IMG/VR virus record: IMGVR_UViG_3300032225_000684
Span: 1-24,845 of that record
Length of the DNA: 24,845 bases
Source: a virus
Taxonomy: Duplodnaviria > Caudoviricetes
Direction: 5' to 3' (one strand)
Part shown: positions 17,261 through 24,845 of the stretch, in pieces
Numbering within the stretch: position 1 is the stretch's first letter
Layout: the number at the start of each line of letters is the position of its first letter
Notes under the pieces: generated by a model
What the model was told of the DNA's origin: nothing
The model's database searches: none
Seen by the model: only the letters and a program-made list of their open reading frames with translations
Made by a program: the position numbers and the translations under genes

Positions 17261-17290
17261 TAAAAGGTGGGGGATTGCTCCCCCGACCTT
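17261..17290 (-). terminator. Intrinsic terminator after the major capsid gene
   Basis: AAGGT(C)GGGGGA-GCAA-TCCCCCACCTTTT with a GNRA tetraloop. Confidence 0.8.
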
Positions 17291-17309
17291 ATTATTTTTA
17301 ATTTATCAA

Positions 17310-18329
17310 TTATGATAAACCATTGCTCACAAAAAATTGTGGGAATGCTAATTGAGTTCCTAACTTCCAACTAACCATAATTCTAACTTCTTGAAAGTCT
17401 TGAGACCACCATGCTCTGAATGAATCTTCATCAGATGCTAAGTCAACACCTGCTAAGAAGTATTGTTGTGGTCCTAATACGATTAAGTTTGAACCTGCTA
17501 AACCTGGTACACCTACAACTCTGAAGTTTGTTTGTGGATGGTAAACAGAATAAACTGAACCTAATTTGTTTTCACTTGAATCAATATAGAAATTGTTCAC
17601 ATTTCTGATTGCTGTGATGTAACACTTAAATTGTGCTTGAGACATAAAGATAACGATATCATCTCTGTCATAAATGTTTCTTGACATTGCGTTAATCATG
17701 TTATCAATTTGAGCAAGAACATTGTTTGCTTTCTCTTGAGATGTAGAACCTGTTACAGAACATAAAGCAGTTTGACCTGTTAAAGTAACAACACCATTTG
17801 GAGTTGCTCCTGTTGCTAAAGCCGCTGCTGAAACTGTGTTTGCGTTGTTAACTACTAATTCTTTGTAACCAGAGAATGTATTAACTGAACCACCTGTTGT
17901 TGCGTTCCATAATAGGTCTTCGTTGTATCTCTTAATCTGTTTGGTCTGAAGGTCTATGATGGCCGCTTCAAATGGAGCGTTCTCATTGTAAGAACCTGCG
18001 TTCAAATATTGACCTAACCAAAGTGTGTTTAATTGCTGTAAACATAAAGATTGGTTAACCTTTAATGCTTGTACTGTTACAGCAGCAGTTGTGAATGTAG
18101 TTTGACCTGAATTAGACCAACCGCAGTTTGTACCTGTTTGTACTACTAATGACTCACTAAGTAAGTTCACATTTTGTGTTCCTTTAATACCAGGAATCAC
18201 ATTTACATATTCCATAGTCACAGGAGTCAATACTGCTTCTGATACGATATCGCTGTTTAACGCATCTGTATATTTAGCAAGACCACCTAAGTCGTATGAA
18301 AAATCCAATTTTGAAAGATTTTTTTTCAT
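17310..18329 (-). CDS. Major capsid protein, 339 aa
   Basis: Follows protease and scaffold and precedes a terminator; motifs GIKG, CGW, KVNQSLC, EDLLW, VGVPGLAG. Confidence 0.85.
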   Translation of the reverse strand: MKKNLSKLDFSYDLGGLAKYTDALNSDIVSEAVLTPVTMEYVNVIPGIKGTQNVNLLSESLVVQTGTNCGWSNSGQTTFTTAAVTVQALKVNQSLCLQQLNTLWLGQYLNAGSYNENAPFEAAIIDLQTKQIKRYNEDLLWNATTGGSVNTFSGYKELVVNNANTVSAAALATGATPNGVVTLTGQTALCSVTGSTSQEKANNVLAQIDNMINAMSRNIYDRDDIVIFMSQAQFKCYITAIRNVNNFYIDSSENKLGSVYSVYHPQTNFRVVGVPGLAGSNLIVLGPQQYFLAGVDLASDEDSFRAWWSQDFQEVRIMVSWKLGTQLAFPQFFVSNGLS

Positions 18330-18353
18330 CTTAATTATTTGATTTTATTTTAT

Positions 18354-19388
18354 TTAATTTGAGAGAGTTTCTCTCAATCTTCTCCATCCTTCCAATCTTG
18401 GAGATGTTGAAAATTCTTGGTTTATTTGATTTTTTGTTACTCTTGAACCTGCTGGTTCTTTAGAGAACTTTTGGAATTTACTATCAAGTAATTCCTGTTT
18501 GTTTGAAATGGAATCAATCTTAGATTCCAATCTTTTAATTGCTGTTGCGAATGCTTCAACAAATCCTGCCATTTCATCAGTTTCAGATTTTGCTTCATCA
18601 GGAGTTTCTCTCTCACTGATTTTACCATCTTTTACTGTAATAACAATATTGTCTTCGTTTCCTTCTTCATCTTTTAATGTGATTGGATATTCACCATCAG
18701 GAACTGGAGCGTCATTACCTTTGTCATCCTTTGTTGTAATGTCTTCACCAATATCAAATGATGGAGAATCTAATACCATACCATCCGATGTTTTTGCTTC
18801 GGTGAATTTACCACCTCTTGCTTCTTCTGCTGCTTTTGATTGAATGCCTTGGATTTCACCACCTACGATTGACATAACTTTTCCGTCTGCTGTTTCGTAA
18901 GAGCCATCAGCGATTGCTGATAATGTTCCATCATATCCAACTTTTTTAAGTTTAGTTCCAGATTCTGGTGTGTCACCACCAATTCTGAATACAGAACCAT
19001 CTTTAAGTTTGATATCACCATCTTGTGCTTCCACTTTTGGTTCTTCTGATTCTGCCATTGCTGCTGGTTTGTTTGAAGTTTGTTTTTGTTGCTCTTCATC
19101 TTTTTTTGCGTCATCAGTTTCTTTGGTGTAATTCAACTGAGACATTTTGATTTTTTCAACTTTACCTTCTTCTCCAACTTCAACTTCTGAACCATCTTCC
19201 ATTTTGTGAGTTCCTGCTGGTGCTGGAATCATTCCTTCATCGGTAGCAACATATAATGTTTTCCCAATCTCCAAAGAATCTCCCTCCATTTTCACATTGA
19301 TGCCTTGGTCGGTCTTTGCGTCATAGAATTTGCTTTCTGTAAGATTAAGAATTGTCATTATTTTTTTTAATGCTTCTTTACTGTTCAT
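18354..19388 (-). CDS. Capsid scaffolding protein, 344 aa
   Basis: Acidic; three APDGxH/Y..DG-type modules, C-terminal coiled coil and EPA motif; between protease and capsid. Confidence 0.75.
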   Translation of the reverse strand: MNSKEALKKIMTILNLTESKFYDAKTDQGINVKMEGDSLEIGKTLYVATDEGMIPAPAGTHKMEDGSEVEVGEEGKVEKIKMSQLNYTKETDDAKKDEEQQKQTSNKPAAMAESEEPKVEAQDGDIKLKDGSVFRIGGDTPESGTKLKKVGYDGTLSAIADGSYETADGKVMSIVGGEIQGIQSKAAEEARGGKFTEAKTSDGMVLDSPSFDIGEDITTKDDKGNDAPVPDGEYPITLKDEEGNEDNIVITVKDGKISERETPDEAKSETDEMAGFVEAFATAIKRLESKIDSISNKQELLDSKFQKFSKEPAGSRVTKNQINQEFSTSPRLEGWRRLRETLSN

Positions 19389-21024
19389 CTGTAATTGATT
19401 TAAGTATTTTTCTTATTTGGTTTATTTTTTTATCCTCTTTTGAGAATAGTGATTTCTCTGCGAACAAACCCTCAACTGAGAATCCTGTTAGAGATTTATC
19501 TTTAATCATTTTCCATACCTTATCATCATTTACCTTCATTGAAACAAACCATGTTCCTGCTGGTAATGAAAATCCGAATGAATGAGATTTATCATATATG
19601 GGGTCATCACTCACCCATGATTCGGCTATGTATACCTTATCACTTCCTAACTTTTGACCATTGTGTTCTATTGATGTTTCATCAGTACGACCTTGTTTCA
19701 TAAACTTATCAGCCATCTTTTTAATGGATGCTGCTGAGAAAAATACATAATATAAATTTCCTAATTCATCGTATCTGCTTATCATCTTATTTGGAACCAT
19801 TGCTGCTCCTACAACTACTTTCTTTTCTTCATCAAATCCAAATGTCATCAATGTTTTTGTAAAACTCATTTTCTCTTTTTCTAATTGTTTCAATTTTCTC
19901 TCAGCCCATACAAGTGCTGGTTCTCCACCCCAACTATCATACATCAATTTACCACAACCATCATCATAACTCTTTGAAGATGTTAAGTCAGATTTGTGTC
20001 TTGATAAATAAGAATACATTCTTTTGATGGTATCAACTGAAATATTTCCACCTTTTGCTAATTGTGATGCTCTTGTTTTACCAACAGCAGTTCCACAACT
20101 ACCCCATCCGTTTTTTTCTGCGTAATTTACCGCTTTTTTTGCTGCGTTCTTGACACCTTCAGGGTAGTCAGATATGGTATCTGCGAAATCATCGTGTGTC
20201 ATTTTAATTGGAACACAATTTGGTGAACCATCATCTTTTAGTCCTATCGGTTCGTATCCATCCCAACATGGATTTGGTTCTATATCTAATTTTTCTTTTG
20301 TGAATATGTTTGGACCTGTTCTTGGCATTCCTGGTTTCCATGACTTAGGACCAGGATTTGCTACTGTCTTATCGTTTCTTGTATCAGGTTGTATATTTGT
20401 TGATTGTGATTCAGGTCCTTTTTCTAATCCTTTTGTTGATGAACCAGAATTTCTAATTTGTCCTGTTGGAGCATACCATAATTTAACCCATGTATGACGG
20501 CAGTTAAATGAACCTCTCCATAAAAATATATTGTAATATCCAAATTCTTCGTTGGCTATATCATCTGTAAGTTGGTCAACATCTTCTTGTCTATACACTC
20601 TATTCTTTGATAACATTTCAGCACAGAATTGTCTATTCTTTTCATCTCTTGGTCCAACATACTTAAATCTGATTCTATATTTGTCATTATCTAAGAACGA
20701 TGTATCATTTGGAGATGAGAACCTTTCCTGAGACATCTTCTGAACCATTTGTGGGGTGATTTTTTCCATCTTAACAATCTCCCAACCCTCTTCTATCAAA
20801 TGAGAATAAGGCTCTCCCAATTGGTCTAATTTTGGGTTTTGTGAACAGAAGTCATCCGATACAATTTTGTATGGAGAAAACTCTTCTGATTCATTTGGAG
20901 TTTCTGCGTTAAATGCTCTCCATGCTTCATCATGAGCGGGTCTTGAAACTAATGAAATTGCTTCAATTCCTGCTTCTTCATAATCATCATCAATGAATAA
21001 TTCTATTATCGGTGTATGAGCCAT
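19378..21024 (-). CDS. Prohead protease (XkdF/S78-like) with a large internal insertion
   Basis: N-terminal AISLVSRPA; C-terminal GAAMVPNK, EH, ESW, GTWFVSMKV, GFSVEG. Confidence 0.85.
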   Translation of the reverse strand: MAHTPIIELFIDDDYEEAGIEAISLVSRPAHDEAWRAFNAETPNESEEFSPYKIVSDDFCSQNPKLDQLGEPYSHLIEEGWEIVKMEKITPQMVQKMSQERFSSPNDTSFLDNDKYRIRFKYVGPRDEKNRQFCAEMLSKNRVYRQEDVDQLTDDIANEEFGYYNIFLWRGSFNCRHTWVKLWYAPTGQIRNSGSSTKGLEKGPESQSTNIQPDTRNDKTVANPGPKSWKPGMPRTGPNIFTKEKLDIEPNPCWDGYEPIGLKDDGSPNCVPIKMTHDDFADTISDYPEGVKNAAKKAVNYAEKNGWGSCGTAVGKTRASQLAKGGNISVDTIKRMYSYLSRHKSDLTSSKSYDDGCGKLMYDSWGGEPALVWAERKLKQLEKEKMSFTKTLMTFGFDEEKKVVVGAAMVPNKMISRYDELGNLYYVFFSAASIKKMADKFMKQGRTDETSIEHNGQKLGSDKVYIAESWVSDDPIYDKSHSFGFSLPAGTWFVSMKVNDDKVWKMIKDKSLTGFSVEGLFAEKSLFSKEDKKINQIRKILKSITDEQ

Positions 21025-21062
21025 TACTATTAAATATTGTCTTTGTTAATTTATACCACTTT

Positions 21063-23360
21063 TTAGATAAGTGAACGAGATTTAATTGTTCTATCAAATT
21101 GTTGTTGGTTGGATATATCATTTGCGGTTACATAAGTTCTAATTGGTTGTTCACCAAATGATTGTTGTATTGCGTTTACCAATGTCTGTGTATTATCTTG
21201 TTGAGGTCTATTTGCTTTTGATACAGCACCACCAACAGCAAAACCTGGTAAATTACCTGATTCATTTATTGATGTTAATAATGGTTCAAATATTCTCGCA
21301 CTTCTTGAATTAACAACAAACTCCCCATCTGATAACATTGCTGGTATGGAATCTGAAAACATTCCACCACCACCTCTCACCAATCCACCCTGTGCTTTTC
21401 CAACAGGAGCAGTTGCGTTTGCTGATATGGTTGGTCTTTCACCAGGACCTGCTGGTGTTGTTTGAGTTAAGTTTCCACCTGTTGATGATGGAGCGTTTGG
21501 AATCTGTACTGATACAATCTTTTTAACTGTAGCGATACCTGATGCTACTGCCGCGGCCGCAGCAATAGCACCCAACGCTGGACCAATTACAGGAATACCC
21601 GCAAGGGATTTGTATGCCGCAACTGCTGATTGGTATGTATCAATTGTTGCTTTTGCGATAGCAAATGCTTTCCCCGCAATTGTATCTTGTCCTACTATGG
21701 TTGATAACTGACCAAGAGCATCACCAATCAATTTTGTTTTTTCTTGATTTGATGCTACTTCTTGTTTGCCAATTTCTTTTCTTGCCTTTGCTAAATCACT
21801 ATTTCTCTTGTTATATTCTACTTGAGTGATTGCTCCTTTTTCTAATGATTCTTTAAGTTTTCCTTGATAATCATCTTGAGATTTTCTTAAATCATCGTAA
21901 TAGTTCGCATCAAATCTTTTGAAATCACCATACTTTTCATCTGTCTCTGTAAGTTGTGCTTGAAATGATTGGTCAAGGTTTTGTAATATTGCGTCTTGAT
22001 ATCCTTTCTTTAAGTCTGCTTTTTCTTTCTCACCTAAATCAACAATATCTTTTGACTTTAATTCAAAGTCTTCAAATGATTTTATTTGAGCATCAAAGTT
22101 TCCTTGTGCTGCTGCCAATTCATCAGCAAGACCTTTTAACGCATCTGCTTTCTTTTTGTCGTTATCCGCTTTAATCGCATCTTTTAATTGTTTTGCGTAT
22201 TTTTCACGAATGACTTCTTTTTGTGCTTCAGTTAATTCAACATTATCTAACTCAAGAGCCATTCTTTGGTCTAATAATTTCTTTAACTCTTCTTGAGAGG
22301 TATTTTCTTTATTGATTTCAATGGCAATCTTTGCGTCTAAATCTTCTGCTAATTTCTTTCTTGCTAATTCTCTATTCTTTTTATCGTCCTCACTAACTTG
22401 TTTGATATGGTCAGCATCCAACTTAATAAGTTCTGCTTGAATATCTTTATAGTCATTTGTACCTTTCTTATATAACTTTTGTCTATCCTCTAATTGTTTT
22501 CTTGTTAACTCATAAGATTTTTGAGCATATTCTTCTTCAACTGCTTGTTTTTCTTTTTCTGTTTGTGCTTTTGATAACGCAGTTTGTTTTGCTAATTCTA
22601 ATTCTGCGTCTTGAATTTTTTTTAATGCTTCTAATTTCTTTAACGCAATCTCAAGTTGTTTTGCTGCTTCTTCTTTTTGAGTTTTTGTAACCTCTTTTGT
22701 TCCCGCAATAAATCTATTATTTGCTGCTTCGTAGTTATCACCAAACTTTGTAACAGATTCTTTTGCGTCCTCCCAAGCACCTGAGAAATCACCTTTAATT
22801 AACTTAACAACTGCTGAACCAAGTTTTCCTAATGATTGAAATACTGCGGTAAGTGCTGAATATAATGTTCCAAATGCTTGAGTAACATAGGGTAATGCTT
22901 TTGTTGCTAAATCAACTAAGGAATTAAATAATGGTTCAACGGCAGCATAAATACCGTTAAAGATTTTTTCCATTCCAATCAACAAAGGTTGTAATTTCTT
23001 TGTTGCTTTTTCTGAGTTGGAGAATCCTGCGACAAGTCCTGCGATTAAAGAAACCAATAATCCAATACCAGTTGCTTTGAATGCTGCGTCTAATGATGAG
23101 AACGAAACTTTCATTTTGTTGATACCAGCACCCACCATTCCCAATGGACCACCCGCCGCTTCCAATCTATCAACCCAATCATCGGTTCCTTGTTTCGCAC
23201 CTTTCAATCTGTCTTTGAGGTCATCAATTTCCTTATAGACCTTTTTCCAATCTTCCGTACCTGTTGGAAGTTGTTTGAGCGCTTTGGTGAGGTCTTTGAG
23301 TTTCTTCTGTGAATCTTCCGATTGAATGATTACATCAACTTCAATTTTTTTATTTGCCAT
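21063..23360 (-). CDS. Tail tape measure protein, 765 aa
   Basis: Helical A/K/E-rich; ATGIGLLV, GDFSGAW, hydrophobic IPVIGPALGAIAAAAA, C-terminal SDSIPAMLSDGEFVVN. Confidence 0.9.
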   Translation of the reverse strand: MANKKIEVDVIIQSEDSQKKLKDLTKALKQLPTGTEDWKKVYKEIDDLKDRLKGAKQGTDDWVDRLEAAGGPLGMVGAGINKMKVSFSSLDAAFKATGIGLLVSLIAGLVAGFSNSEKATKKLQPLLIGMEKIFNGIYAAVEPLFNSLVDLATKALPYVTQAFGTLYSALTAVFQSLGKLGSAVVKLIKGDFSGAWEDAKESVTKFGDNYEAANNRFIAGTKEVTKTQKEEAAKQLEIALKKLEALKKIQDAELELAKQTALSKAQTEKEKQAVEEEYAQKSYELTRKQLEDRQKLYKKGTNDYKDIQAELIKLDADHIKQVSEDDKKNRELARKKLAEDLDAKIAIEINKENTSQEELKKLLDQRMALELDNVELTEAQKEVIREKYAKQLKDAIKADNDKKKADALKGLADELAAAQGNFDAQIKSFEDFELKSKDIVDLGEKEKADLKKGYQDAILQNLDQSFQAQLTETDEKYGDFKRFDANYYDDLRKSQDDYQGKLKESLEKGAITQVEYNKRNSDLAKARKEIGKQEVASNQEKTKLIGDALGQLSTIVGQDTIAGKAFAIAKATIDTYQSAVAAYKSLAGIPVIGPALGAIAAAAAVASGIATVKKIVSVQIPNAPSSTGGNLTQTTPAGPGERPTISANATAPVGKAQGGLVRGGGGMFSDSIPAMLSDGEFVVNSRSARIFEPLLTSINESGNLPGFAVGGAVSKANRPQQDNTQTLVNAIQQSFGEQPIRTYVTANDISNQQQFDRTIKSRSLI

Positions 23361-23361
23361 C

Positions 23362-23514
23362 TTAGTTCTTATCTTTTAAGAATGAAATCAGTTCAACATT
23401 ATTGATAACATTTGGTAATGTATCACGAACATCATTCATTAAATCATTTATTCTCATTGGGTCTGACACCTCTTGTGTTAACTCTTCCCCATCATAAAAT
23501 ATCTTTATTTCCAT
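23362..23514 (-). CDS. Small hypothetical protein, 50 aa (not in ORF track)
   Basis: MEIKIFYDGEELTQEVSDPMRINDLMNDVRDTLPNVINNVELISFLKDKN* fills the gap and stops 1 nt before the tape measure ATG. Confidence 0.65.
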   Translation of the reverse strand: MEIKIFYDGEELTQEVSDPMRINDLMNDVRDTLPNVINNVELISFLKDKN

Positions 23515-23524
23515 AGTTAAATTT

Positions 23525-24844
23525 TTACAAACAAACTAACGCCGCACATGTAGAAGAACTACTTCCAATTGTGTATAATGTATACGACCCAGATGGTGTT
23601 GCTGTTGCGTTTACAACAAATCTTGTTCCTGACGAATTACAATACCATCTTCCAACTGTTAAACTTCCGACAACTCTAATGTTTGTTGAAGATGTAACTG
23701 TACAACCACCACCTACGAGACCAATCTGATAATAACTATAACTTGATGTTCTTGTTGGTGTTACTGCTGGTGTTCCAGTATGAGTTGGAGTAGCAGTTTG
23801 TGTTGGTGTTTGTGTTGGTGTTTTTGACGCTGTTATACTTGGTGTAGGAGTTTGTGTTTGTGTCATTGTTTGTGACGCAGTTATACTCGGTGTAGGGGTT
23901 TGTGTTTGTGTAGGAGTTTGTGATGCTGTTATACTTGGTGTAGGAGTTTGTGACGATGTTATACTTGGTGTTGGAGTAACAGTTTTAGTTGGTGTCTGTG
24001 ATGCGGTTATACTCGGTGTAGGAGTTTGTGTTTGACTCGCAGTAATACTTGGTGTTGGGGTTTGTGTTGATGTAGCGGTTTGACTTGCTGTTATACTTGG
24101 GGTAGGTGTTTGTGTATTAGTAGCAGTTTGAGTTGGCGTTAAAGTGTTAGTAGCAGTAACAGTCGGAGTATTTGTTACAGTTGGAGTTTGAGTAGATGTA
24201 GGAGTTTGTGTTGGTGTTTGTGTAGGACATATACTTGGATAAGAAATATAACCAGTATAACTTTGTTGTCCTTGAGTTGGATAATTTTCTCCATAATAAC
24301 TTGTATATCCTGTTCCAATTGAAAGGAATGAAGGAACTATTGTTGCTAATCCCCATCTGTTTGGTCCAATACTAAAATTATATCCAATGACATTTCCTGA
24401 TAATGAGAACAAAGCATAGTTTGTGGAATCAGGACTTGTTCCAAAATAAACATTATATCCATATAAATAACCAATACCAATTTTTTGATATGTTCCATTG
24501 TAACTAGGAAAATTACTTAATACCAATTCTTGTGGACATATCTCATTCGGTGTCATTGTTTGTGTAGGTGTCTGTGTAGGAGTTTGAGTTGATGTTGATG
24601 TATTAGTTGGAGTCTGTGTTTGTGTTGATGTTTGAGTCTGTGTAGGTGTTTGTGTTTGCGTAGATGTAATAGTATTAGTTGGAGTTTGTGTATTAGTAGG
24701 TGTTTGTGTTAAAGTTGAAGTTGGTGTTAATGTAGGTGTTTGTGTTTGTGTTGGCGTAGGAGTTTGAGATGGTAATCCATCAATTCCAATATCAGAATAA
24801 GAAGTACAAGTTCCTTTTGATTGAACTCTAATAACATAAGTCCC
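23525..24844 (-). CDS. Partial Thr/Pro-rich tail or fibre protein; 5' end lies beyond the window
   Basis: The frame stays open upstream of 24556 to the window edge (GTYVIRVQSKGTCTSYSDIGIDGLPSQTPTP...). TP stalks separate small Cys-bounded domains. Confidence 0.8.
   Translation of the reverse strand, partial: GTYVIRVQSKGTCTSYSDIGIDGLPSQTPTPTQTQTPTLTPTSTLTQTPTNTQTPTNTITSTQTQTPTQTQTSTQTQTPTNTSTSTQTPTQTPTQTMTPNEICPQELVLSNFPSYNGTYQKIGIGYLYGYNVYFGTSPDSTNYALFSLSGNVIGYNFSIGPNRWGLATIVPSFLSIGTGYTSYYGENYPTQGQQSYTGYISYPSICPTQTPTQTPTSTQTPTVTNTPTVTATNTLTPTQTATNTQTPTPSITASQTATSTQTPTPSITASQTQTPTPSITASQTPTKTVTPTPSITSSQTPTPSITASQTPTQTQTPTPSITASQTMTQTQTPTPSITASKTPTQTPTQTATPTHTGTPAVTPTRTSSYSYYQIGLVGGGCTVTSSTNIRVVGSLTVGRWYCNSSGTRFVVNATATPSGSYTLYTIGSSSSTCAALVCL
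23745..24225 (-). repeat. Mucin-like Thr/Pro coding repeat
   Basis: Six TPTPSITAS copies plus one TPTPSITSS variant. Confidence 0.9.
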
Positions 24845-24845
24845 A

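Noticed and set aside
3484-24356. Nested minus-strand alternative-frame ORFs (3484, 5436, 15525, 16190, 18437, 18863, 24147)
   Set aside because: Short, lying within well-supported genes, with no initiation or slippery-site support.
1-24845. tRNA/rRNA genes, IS elements, introns or inteins, alternative genetic code
   Set aside because: No cloverleaf or T-loop motifs, transposase or splice signatures seen; genes are intact and densely packed in the standard code.

Overview
About 25 kb of an AT-rich tailed-phage (Caudoviricetes, siphovirus-like) genome, almost all encoded on the minus strand. The host is most likely Bacteroidota: five TAnnTTTG promoters, A-rich leaders and no Shine-Dalgarno sites. 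In transcription order it holds a Thr/Pro-rich tail protein (partial), tape measure, prohead protease with a large insertion, scaffold, major capsid, tail tube, portal, head-tail adaptor, holin-like, ferritin-like and Cys-rich genes. A small early region follows (AAA ATPase between two Zn-finger/HTH paralogues, small ORFs), then a sigma-like factor, HNH nuclease, TerS, TerL, a -1 frameshifting tail chaperone, a 1045-aa protein with a duplicated domain and mucin-like stalks, and neck genes. The most unusual signals are at RNA level: two promoter-led structured ncRNA candidates (8455-8700, 12596-12720), a membrane-protein gene whose 3' UTR can pair over its own start codon, and three promoter classes suggesting near-leaderless late mRNAs. 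All family calls come from motif recognition by eye; no database searches were run.
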